Assembly: GCF_964213995.1 (NCBI RefSeq)
Contig: NC_135804.1
Span: 59,396,001-59,460,000, forward strand
Origin: Mustelus asterias
Taxonomy: Eukaryota
Length of the DNA stretch: 64,000 nucleotides
Reading direction: 5' to 3'
In this document: positions 37,401-48,299 of the stretch, one piece after another
Layout of the letters: every line of letters begins with the position of its first letter
Position numbering within the stretch: position 1 is the first letter of the stretch
The notes under the pieces: generated by a model
Databases searched by the model: none
What the model was told of the DNA's origin: nothing
Seen by the model: the letters and a program-made list of their open reading frames with translations, nothing else
Program-made: the position numbers and the translations under genes

Positions 37401-40400
37401 AAATAATGAAAGAAATGAAAGATAGAGAAGCAGACACGGTGAATAACGCGGAGCGTGGAGAATTCTGAAAGTGTGTCCTCATGTGTGAGGGTGAGAAGTT
37501 AAGAGATGATATATGCAAAAAAGAAACAAGAGAAGGAAAATTGAAAGAGCATCTGCGAAACAGATCGAGAGACAAGCAACGTCAAGGCAACAGTGAGATA
37601 TAACAGGATCATGCAATCCGATTTAACAAATGCAACGCCACGGCTAAAATACAGCTTTCATAACGATGTAACACTACCTGGACCCTGAAGTAAATAGATA
37701 CTGTTGCAAAAGTAACGCTTAGACCGGCTAACTTCCACCTTCTCCAGAAGATGGCACTGAACGCTCGTAAAACCGTTACACGATAACCCGTGGTAATTCC
37801 AGCATGTTTGGGGGAGGGAGCGGGTAATAAGTCTATATTACGCAGTTACGTTTGAGTTGGCTTTGAATTTGTTGAGTGAAGAGTGATCTGACACATGGTT
37901 GTATTGTTTTCATTTAATGGAGAGGTCAGTGGTAGAATGGTTTCATTTGAACTTCCAACTCAGGTGAGAAAGTTAGAAAATTTGCGGCGTTTTGAAGTTG
38001 GATGTGTGATTATAAAAGCGCCAATAATTAATGTTAATATTTCATCAGATGCACCAACTCGTTTAGTTAAAGAATAAATCCTCTGCTTATAGACACGATA
38101 GACTTTGAAAAATTTACAATGAAAGCAAGATATTGTAGATGCTGAGAGCCTAAAATTAAATAGAAGATATTGGAAAACTAAGCCAGTCGGAACCCTCAGT
38201 GAAAGAAGAAACAAAGGTTACATTTTAGGTTTGCTGATTTACTGACCACATATTTGGATAATGCTACGACATTTTAAAGCTTTGTGCCAATGAGAATTAA
38301 GACCGACAGTATCTCAGGTGAAATTGTCAGACAATTAGAGTACGATGGGATATAATGTGCTTGAGCGCTCAGCGTGAATAATAGCGAAACCGCAGCACCG
38401 AGAGCGAGAGTAGAACGATCCAAGCGGGAGGTTAGAAGCGTGACGGTAGCAGCACCGAGAGGAAGAGCACAGTGAGACAAGAGGGAGGAAGAGTGGCAGC
38501 AGCAGCCCAGATGATGAGAGAAAACAAGAGTAAGAGAAGGATAAAAGAGTGACGACAGCGGCACCGAGATGTTAAGAAGAGCAGAACAACAGCAAGATCG
38601 CGTTAAAAATAAAAGTGTGACGTCGCAGGAAATTGAGTACCTGATAGGTTGGTGAGGATTTTTTTCTCTCTGAGCTACCGCTTCCTTTCAAATTAGAAGG
38701 TAGGAAAAAATGAAAATCAGATGGGTTAAGTAAAGCGTGAACTAATGAGAGCATAAATAGCGAAGAAGTGGAAAAGCATTAATATAAATAAGGTATTGAG
38801 TCGATAGCTAAGGAGGGAATGAAATGTTTTCGAGATCAAGGATCAACATCTGAGACCTGTTGCTTGCAGTTCGTGCACACTGTAGGAAATTTAGGATATT
38901 TCACACACCTAACGGTCACCAGCAGGGAATAGTTTTTTTTCCTGTATGGGACTTTCCAACATATAGGTTTAGGGAGTCTTAAGTCTTTGGTTGTGTGGTG
39001 CTCTCTAATAGGTACTTATGTTCCATACTTACGGATGCTGGAAATGATAATGCGTTGCAGCAGCGCAACATAAATCAAGGCAACAATGAGCAAGGAACTG
39101 ATCAAGAGGGACATTAATGAATAGAAATGCAGGAAGGAACAGGAAGGGATTTTTGTACCCATCAACTTGCGATATGAGGGGCGTCTTCTCTCCCTGGTGC
39201 CGCGGTAAAGGACATCGTAAAGGGTGTGCAGGACAATCCACTCAGCGAGTGCCTGAAGTACCGTATATATTGCGACCAACGAAGTGGAGAGGTCCGCTAT
39301 TGAGGGCTTACGGTTAGATTTTCAGGATCTACGGAGGAAAAATAGAACCACAAATGTAATAATTCTGGTTTCCTCCCGGTGTGACATGTTAATAAGAGTA
39401 GAAATGGGGAACATCTGCGTGTGGCTTGAGGTGTTTTCCAAAAGATGATGTGGTGAGGTGTGCTAATTGGCTTCAGATTTCAGAGTGCGCTCAATCCCTC
39501 ATTGGTCTATAATGGGCTACGACCTCTGGCCAATTGCTCTCTCAATACATAATACCACGTTGCTACTCAGTGACATCTTGAACACTGGCAGGAGTTGATT
39601 CTGGAAGCAACGGTTGGAAGTGGAGAGAGGGAGGGGCGCAGAATATCAACTCGGAATCGCGTTTGAGGCCGGAGAGCTGCATGCCTCTTCCGCTGACCCA
39701 GCCTTTCTGAATATTACTCCTCCTACCCTATAAGTGTGGCCCATCTCCTCTGTAATGGACGTCTGGTTGCGTTTTGTAGTGTAACCATCATTCTTATCAA
39801 TATTGAGAACTGAATACCCATTGGAGATCGAGATAAATTCATGGGAATTCCACAATATCTGTTTTGTCGTTCTTCACTGTCAGCCTTTCTCTCTGCCTAT
39901 TCTTGAGCTTTAGTTGAGCACCTCCACAAAAATCTTCTCCATCGAGCTCTCAGCTTCACAGATGCATCGCAGTGAAATCAGCTGCTGCTGCTTCAAATAG
40001 AAAGTATTTGAGTCCTCGAAATGGTTATCCAATTTCTGTATATTTTTCTTTTGGTTCTGCAATAATTGTAAAAATGAAACACAGAAAGAATTGATTTACC
40101 GCAGTTATTTCCTTCATATTAATACAGCAGCACAATACTGATCATCTACACATCTGGCTGCACGGAAACTGCCAAGAAATGTTCCGATTAACAATCGAAG
40201 ATAGCTACGTTTTCAAGATACTTGCGATGTACGAATTGCTTGGTATAGCCGCTTTTATTTTGTAAGTTTGCGAATTGCTTTCCAAACATCTTTTGTAAAA
40301 TCATAGACAATACATTTTTAAAGAGAATGCAATCATCTCCACGTTTCAAAACTGTCTTAATTTCACTCGATGTTGCAACTGAAAATACATCTCTTGCCTC

Positions 40401-40459
40401 TGTTCAATGTCTCGATGCATTGGAGCGAGGTGACTTCATAGCTCCTTAAAAATTACTTG

Positions 40460-43400
40460 CCAAGTATTCTCCAAAATACCATGGCACCGTCCATGACAGC
40501 TTTATATTGAGGAGCTCAGATGTCCCAGCGGAGGAGCCTAGGGTTCAGGGATGGCTTGTGGGGGTCAAAAGGTATCTGCTTTGGCTGATGACGCCTGTGC
40601 AGAGGCCAGAGACTGAGATGGAGAGCTGATGTAATGGGGCCCACGCTGCCAGCCAGTTAATCATGGATTGATGCATTGGGCTCCGCAAAATGCGGTTCAG
40701 GTGAATTGACCGTTCTGGTGGGGCCCTCCAGTATAACCCCCTAACATTGTTGCGCCCTTTGCTGGTAAACTGTGCCCTGCAGAACCTGGCACAGCACTGG
40801 GTAGACATTCCGGATGAGGAGGAGATGGAGGCGAACCTCTCGGGCGACGCAGGGAGGATGCCACCTAGGAGGGCGTGGAAGAGGATGAGGGCGACGATCA
40901 ACATCACCCAGGTTCTCGAGCGCTGGTGGCAGCAAGGGTCAGGCATGCGAGGGTGGTTAGGGAGGCCCTGATCAACATGGCTTTTGGGAACTGGGGGGCT
41001 TCTGTTGGCGCAGTGGGTTCCAATCCCCTCGCTTTTCCACCCCTACAATCTCCTACACCACTGTAACAATAGAGTACTGGGCCTGGGTACACTTTTTTAT
41101 CGAATTCCTGTGGCAGGCAGGAAGTGATGACGGCTCACTATGCACTGTTGTGATAATGCTGTGCTGTGCAATCTAGTCTGACTCCTACCTGAAGTCGGCG
41201 TGCACGATGACATTGGGCCCTCATCTAGGTGGGGTAAGGGAGCACTATACATCAATGCAGGGCCTGGGTGGGGTGGGGGGAGCGTCCCCCTGGTTCTGGG
41301 GATGCCGTGGCAAATGTTATAAGTCGCTGCCACTGCATGCCACCCTCTGTAGCCAGTGAATGATTTGAGCATCTTGATTTTCACACTAGCAGTGCACTGA
41401 GGGCCTTCACACATGGATATAAACTTGTGGGTGCGTCCAGTGAAGATCGGGTAAGTACATCCCTGTTGGAGGTTAATCAGAGACAGATTACTCACAGCTG
41501 TGGCGTGCAACAACATATATTAGTGCCCATAAAAGTGCCATCAAACTAACTGCTCATATATAACAAGTGCAAGTGAAACTTAATAGTGGCTAATTATTCG
41601 ACCTTAATGATGCTCTCCTTTACCCTTGCCATCTTTGTGCCACTTCAACTTCTTATCTGTATGTGGCCTGCCACTGCATCTCAGTGTCCCCCCACGATGT
41701 ACATCGAAGGCGGAGGTGTCCGGCTGCTTACCTTGCCCCTGGCCTGGGATGATGTTGGCGATCGTCCGCTGGAGGGCCTGGACCTTGAGGGCCCCAGCCA
41801 GCTTCCAGGTGTCACGTACATATCCATGCCATTCTGTTCATCCCACTGCCCTTGAGATGCACTGGTATCAGGAAGGGGGGGGGGGGGGAGTCGGAATGTG
41901 TAGTCACTGCTGCAGTCTTCTGGGTGGAAGGCCCCGACACCGAATCTAACCCTTCCTCCTCCCTCGGGGTTCCTGTGGGCCCTGGTTCACTCCATGGGAT
42001 GGCAGTGCTTCTGCAGTGAGCTCCACAGGATTCGGTGTCAAATGGCCCGGCCAGTCCTGGAGGACCAATTGCATTCTTGCCATGGTGGGCATGCCCTGAG
42101 CAATGGCCCTCTGAGTCTGGGGCCATCTGCCAGTGACAACACCACGTGCCCTCTGAGATGGAGCTACGCTCTTCAGCTCTTCAGCCATGGTGAGTGGGCC
42201 ACATCCTCAAGGGCTGCTTCATAGTGTACTGTGTTTCAGCATATCCTGCTGGGTCACCTGCAAGCTCTCGAGCCTCTCAGCCGTAGGATGCAAAATCTCA
42301 GTAAGCCTGTTGAGGCCCTCAGCCATAGCCTGCTGTGAGTCAGCCATGGCCTGCTGTGACTCAGCCGTGGCCCACTGTGACTCAGCCATGGCCCTCTGGG
42401 ACTCCATAGTGCCCTGCTGTCAATAAGCCATCACTTCCACTCAGCCACTCATGTTGATGATTTCCTGGCCCAGGTTCACCGTGGATGCCACCCATGAAGT
42501 GATGGCCTGGGAACCACACAGGACTGGCAATAGCTGATCCACCTGACAGCTTTGGGATTCCTCCCAACAGCCTCACAGTTGGTCCAGTGCTACTGTCATC
42601 TCTTCCTGCATTCCTTAGCTTGGTTGCTGCATCTCAGCAGCTAAACGAGAAGTGATCACAGAAGCTAAGCATGTAGCCTGGGGCCAGCTGTGTCTCACCT
42701 CTGGCAGGTCCCGTGTGCCAGAGACCTCGGACTTTCCCTCCTCCACCCAATGTACATCAGCAGAAGTATGGTGTGCGCGAGAGAGTGATCCAGATGCATT
42801 AGCTTGACCCATCGATGTGGGAGCCTCTGGGATGGTGAACTGCGAGGTGGAAGCTGATGCGAAGCTGGTGCTGGCCTTGGTGGTCCCATCATCGCTTCTG
42901 CTGAGGAGTCTTCCGAACTGTCTTGGGGAGGATGGGTGGAGCAGCGGAGGGGATGGGGGGGAGGAGCGGTGGCGACAGGGACAGATGGGCCTGGTGGACC
43001 TGGGTCCCTTCATGCAACACTGAGTGTAAGGGAGGGACAGGGATCTGGGCTGAATGCAATTCACTTCAGATATCTCCAACGAGGAGGATTAGCAGGTGCT
43101 CACTTCTATGCTCCAACCCAACCTGGCTGTTGCGTTTGCTGTGGATCCTCTCCTCTCCAGTCAGCTCCAGTGCCCACTCCTCAAGTGCGGTGAGGACCTG
43201 GACTTCAGGCACACCACCTCCTGTTTTTACCCTCTCACAGCGGTTTTGGGCGTTCTTCTCCTGTGGCGACAGAAGGAGCCATATAAATTCTGATGGCAGG
43301 AATCCTGTATGGTGTCAAACGTAGACCTCAGAGGACAAGGGTGTGAGACTTTTGGGGACGCTGGGGTTGGAGGGAGGCGCTAGCGCGTCAGGGGCTTGAA

Positions 43401-44385
43401 GAATGCAGTGTGCCGGGGGTGGGGTGGATCTTGGGGTCACTGAGAGGAAAGATACTCGGACAGGTTTACCACTCACCCTTGCTGCCCAGATTAGGGCATT
43501 CAGTTTCTCCTGGCACTGTTTTTCAGTCCTCCTTCCCAGTGCCCTCGTACTGACACATGCTGCCACCGTCTTCCAGTCTGCATTGCCATCCCTTCCCCTG
43601 GAGCAGCAATCTGCTGGCGGGGGAAGGCGGGGTCGAGAGGGTCGCCCTTCCAGCCTCTATCACCTCCAGCAACCTGGCAAGAGGTCTATCAGACAAACGG
43701 CGGGTTGTCTTCCTTGAGGCCATCTGCCTGCCTGTCTGTCCACCCTGCGGGCTTGTATGGAGCTCTAATTTGTTAAGACAGATCAGCTGCAGTTTGGGCG
43801 AATCAGGCGCGCGTTAGAGAATTCCAGCGAGTTTAATGCGCTTTGCGTTGTTGTCATGGAGGGCGAGCCAAGTCAGCACTTGCAGGTGTGCTGAAGGGGA
43901 GGGTGGGTGGGGGGGGGGGGCGGGGAGGGAGTCGGGGGGTGGGGGCGCAATGTGCCTCTGTGATGTTGGGGGCAGGGGAGAGAAAGATTTGTGTCACTGA
44001 GCGATCGAAAGCAGCGGTTGATGAGGGGGCCATGTGCAAAGGGGTCCGGCTGAGGGTGTGGAGTGGCGTGGGTGGGTAAGGGGGTTGCAAATATTGGGGG
44101 GTCCTCGGTGGCCGTTGGGGGGAGGCCGGCCTTATTCGGTCCCGGTGGGCCTATGTTTTAGAGATTTTTCTGCAAATGCGCAGTTTGTAGCTCCGATTTG
44201 AGCTGCAGGTTGGCTGGCGAGTAATATCCCGCCGACTGCATCTCGTGGCTGGAAACGTTCTAGCCCATTTTTTCAATGTCTAACTCCGTCAGATTGGGGG
44301 CAAAAACTCGCCCAAAAAACTGATCTGGAACTCTTCCATTTTCACGCGAGGTGGACACTAAAATGCTTCTGTAAACTTCCGCCCA
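40460..44385. mobile_element. PIF/Harbinger DNA transposon, left-truncated and degenerate
   Basis: Plus-strand transposase C-terminus (KYHGTVHDSFIL...WLMTP...DRSGGALQY...CALQNLA) convergent with a minus-strand spliced Myb/SANT-like gene; TIR-like right end (aacttccgccc). Confidence 0.85.
43104..43723 (-). pseudogene. Harbinger Myb/SANT-like gene, exons 43723-43477 and 43260-43104
   Basis: MASRKTTRRLSD...RTEKQCQEKLNAL, gtgagt donor, then EKNAQNRCERVKTGGG; frameshifted. 21-nt repeats at about 42320-42410 encode MAESQQA-type heptads. Confidence 0.75.
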
Positions 44386-45009
44386 TGGAGCTTTTTTTTG
44401 TTTGAAAGCTCACACCGCAGGATATTGAATCTTGGAAACAGAATCGATGGGAACCAACAAAGTGGAATTGAATATATTGTTGAGAAGGAGAAAAATTCAT
44501 GACTTTGGGAAAGAGTGCAAAAGTGAGCCTAGTTATCTTTCAAAACGTTGGCACTGTCGCAAGAGGGTGCAGGTTTTCTTCCGTGTTGCAAGTTGCAACG
44601 CTTTTGCTGGGCCAAATGGGTCGATGCAGATGTGTGTGACATAAACATACCTGTAACTTTCTTTCAGTACTTCGATGGACAAATTCATTGAATTAAGCTG
44701 CACCCTTTTCGAATCACGTGTGCACTTTGACTATACGTTATACTGCAGTAACAGGAGCCATAAATTAACACGCAGCTTTTACAGTATGAGTCGCCAAAAA
44801 GGAGCACGAATTATTGATTTGTAAAATATCAGTTTTTTCTTGAGTTCATTTATTCTGATTGTTCGGTACAGCAACTGGAAGTGAGGTCGTCTCGTCCTTG
44901 TTGAGTCAGTAATAGATATCTAAAAATTTTGTGAATACGCAATTTGGGAGGTCCTGTAGGCTATTATCAAACAGCCATCAAAACGTCACATAAAAATCCT
45001 TATCTCCTT

Positions 45010-45335
45010 AAATCCTCAATGCTCTGGGTAACCTGGTTCAAATTTCACCAGGCTAATGGTAAAACTTGAATCCCATAAAATCTGGAATGAAATGTCTAAC
45101 GACGATCATGAAACAATTCTCGATTATCACCAAACCCCATGAGGTTCACTAATGTGGAAGGGCATTTGCCAGCCTTACCTGCTCCGGGCTACATGTAACT
45201 CCAGATCGACAACAATGTGGCTGGTTCTCAAATATACTCTGAAATGGCCTGGCAAGCCGCTCAGTTCAAGGGCTATTAGGGAGGAAAAATGAATGCCGGT
45301 CAGCCAGCGAAGCCAACATCCCATTAATAAATAAG
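45010..45335 (+). mobile_element. SINE family B
   Basis: Same body as the copies at 7000 and 47900. Confidence 0.65.
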
Positions 45336-45574
45336 AATAAAACACTCCGACAAAATCTTCCAGAAAAGTATAAACGTTATTCTCGCATGATGGTTTATGT
45401 TACACTGGTGTTCTATGTTACTTTCTAATTTGTTACTCAGTCCCACCTGAGCGTAGAAGGCCCATCATCATTAAATTTATGTCTTGGAGCCTTTCTGGTT
45501 CTGCTGAGATCTAATGCAACAACATGTTCGTTCTCAAACGTTGCTACTGCATGGGTCAGAAAGAAAAGGCTTGT

Positions 45575-45845
45575 TTATAGAACCATAGAAAATTACAGCT
45601 CAGAAACAGGCCTTTTGGCCCTTCTTGTCTGTGCCGAACCATTTTCTGCCTAGTCCCACTGACCTGCACTTAGACCATATCCCTCCACACCCCTCTCATC
45701 CATGCACCCGTCCAAGTTTTTCTTAAATTTTAAAAGTGACCCCGCATTTACTACTTTATCCGGCAGCTCATTCCACACTCCCACCACTCTCTGCGTGAAG
45801 AAGCCCCCCCTAATATTCCCTTTAAACTTTTCTCCTTTCACCCTT
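45575..45845 (-). mobile_element. CR1 3' end
   Basis: FFTQRVVGVWNELP and tail. Confidence 0.85.
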
Positions 45846-47333
45846 ATGTTGGTGGTTCATAGTGTGCAGCAGCATATTCATCGCTGACCAAACTTCGGAT
45901 GGATTGACCTGAGCTGGAGAACAACTGGGGAGGCAATATCTCACTCACAAAGCGTAGAGTTAGCTCACTCAATGACAATGGAGGGAGGTTATGCGTGGGG
46001 CAGCAGAATGAGTATATTGGCAACACAATTAACGATAACAAAACCACCACATGATGGGAGGATTTGAGAAATTGGGGAATGAATGTGAATATTTATCCAT
46101 GGACTAAGGTTATATCACATGTATTGGCCTTTGAAGCATCAGAAGGTGGAGTGTGATTGATGGACATAACACCTGGTTGATCGCAGATGAGAAGACACCA
46201 TCAAGTGCTACGTCATTAGCCGGAATATTGCAATCGTTGCTTCACTTTGTGATCCCTGTGAGAAGAACTGATAAGAGCTGAAGTTGGTTTTGGGAAAGAC
46301 TGTATAACAGGCTTCCAGAGAATGGAATGTCGTTAAAAAATAAATTTAAACAGAGTTTACCTTAGAGACTCACCGTTGCAACCATGTGGAATGGTCAACC
46401 ACGGAGAACGGAAGGAAGAGCCGGAAACGGAGTGACTGACTAGTGCCTGCGCTTTGGGATTACTTAGCGACTTGATATATACACCGAGCGAACGATAATG
46501 TGTGTACCAACGATAGGGATGCAGAACAAATTAGGGGTTATTGATTGTGCATAAACAAACATCTGTGTATCTTACTTATTTCAGATATTTACAAAGCTCT
46601 TTCTTTCAATAAATTACCTTTCTTCCTTTTTATATATTTATCTTTCTTTTATATGCTTTATATACATATTAAAAATTATAATTACAATGTTAGTAATATC
46701 ATTAGTCAATATTTTAAAAACTTTGTAGTAACACAATACTTGTCAGTCACTCATTCCTGCTGTGTCAAACAGTACGGATTCGTACATAAGTGAGACTCTA
46801 AAAGGAACATTCTGTTCTCATGACTTTGCCTCAGACTCTGCAGAGAAGGTTCGGCGGAGCTGCACACGTTGCTCCTATGCTGCTCTTGCACGGTTGGAGG
46901 TAACTACAAATGCAAGTGAGTGATGTCCTGGCGAATCCCGCGACTTGTACATCCTGGAGTGATATGGGCGGTGGGCGGATGGGCACACCATGTTACCCTC
47001 GAAGCCACACAGTATCCTGATTTGGAACAACACCACCGTTGCTTCACTGTCACTGGGCCAAAAACCAAGAACTTTTTTTCTAACAGCATTGTGAGTATAC
47101 TCTCATCAGTTGCACTGCACCCGTTCAAGAAGACGGCACAACGTCAACTTTTGAACAATTACAGATACACAACAAATGATGCCCATGCTCCCATGAAAGA
47201 ATGTAAAGAAATCTGGCGCTTACAAGGCGGTTGGCCCTCACTTGCAGTAGGCATGCTTTACACAGAAGCCTTTCCAGTTGCCTATTTCTGATATTCCAGC
47301 AACCTTTCGATTGTCCTCTGTTATTTTTTCTCC

Positions 47334-47502
47334 ATGATGTGGGGATGCCGGCATTGGACTGGCGTAAACACAGTAAGAAGTCTCACAACACCAGGTTAAA
47401 GTCCAACAGGTTTATTTGGTAGCAAAAGCCACTAGCTTTCGGAGCGCTCGCTGCCCCTTCGTCAGGTTGGACTTTAGCCTGGTGTTGTGAAATTTCTTAC
47501 TT
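47334..47502 (-). mobile_element. Penelope pLTR fragment with short inverted arm
   Basis: caacaccaggttaaagtccaac and its reverse complement; homologous to 63163-64000. Confidence 0.8.
47429..47470 (-). ncRNA. Minimal type I hammerhead ribozyme, intact core
   Basis: ccaac-CUGACGA-a-ggggc(agcgagc)gcucc-GAAA-gcUA-gugg. Confidence 0.7.
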
Positions 47503-47899
47503 ATTTTTTCTCAGTATTGCTTTCTCTCACGGGAATTTCGTGTTCGCTTTTTACATGATTGTCGCAATTTTAATTGAAGGTGTAGTCACTTTTAGACTGT
47601 CCCAAAAGGTATCATCGTGCGCCTCCGCAAATGTCAAGTCCCGATAAATGCATATACATTGGCGAAACAAGTTTCGATCTCTTCTGGGAGGTACTAAGCC
47701 GTTAACATTGTTTACCCGGCGCACAGACCACACGATTCCAGTCCCTAATGTGTACTCATCGTTGATGTTGGTTAAGATATATTGACTTTTCTTTGTAATC
47801 TATCATCGGCGATCATGCTTGATATCTTTGTTATGGACGACAGACCCCTCCTCGATCCCCCATCCTCCTCTCCAAATCCTTCCCCTCCAGAACTGGGAG

Positions 47900-48240
47900 G
47901 CGGTGCCGGAATGGTATTTCCACTGGTCTAGTAATCCGCAGACTCAGAGTAATAATCTGGGGACCAGGATTTAAATCCCACCGGAATAGATTGCGATATC
48001 TGAATTCAATAAAGTCTGGAATTAAAAAATCAGTGATGACCAGGAAACTACAATTCGCTGTCGTAAATACCGATCTGATTCACTCATGTCTTTCAGCGCA
48101 AGGTATCTGCGTTCCACCCCTGGTCTTGTCCACATGTGACTGCAGACCCTTACAAATATGGTTAACACTTAAATTGCCTCCGATGGGCAATAGATGCTGG
48201 CCCAGCCAGCGACCCCCACATCCTATGAATGAATAAAGAA
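47900..48240 (+). mobile_element. SINE family B
   Basis: Same family; (atga)n-like tail. Confidence 0.65.
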
Positions 48241-48299
48241 AACACGAACGTATCCGCAGTGCGAATTTGTTCCAAACAGTAGACATCGTGCATTCTCTG

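Noticed and set aside
42318-42410. Regular 21-nt repeats as a CRISPR-like array
   Set aside because: No spacers; they are coiled-coil coding repeats of the Harbinger accessory gene in a eukaryotic genome.
46395-46452. Clustered ETS/RUNX-like motifs
   Set aside because: Short motifs with no linked exon; cannot be told from chance.
47551-47800. Minus-strand open frame of about 80 codons
   Set aside because: No recognisable domain and no convincing splice signals.
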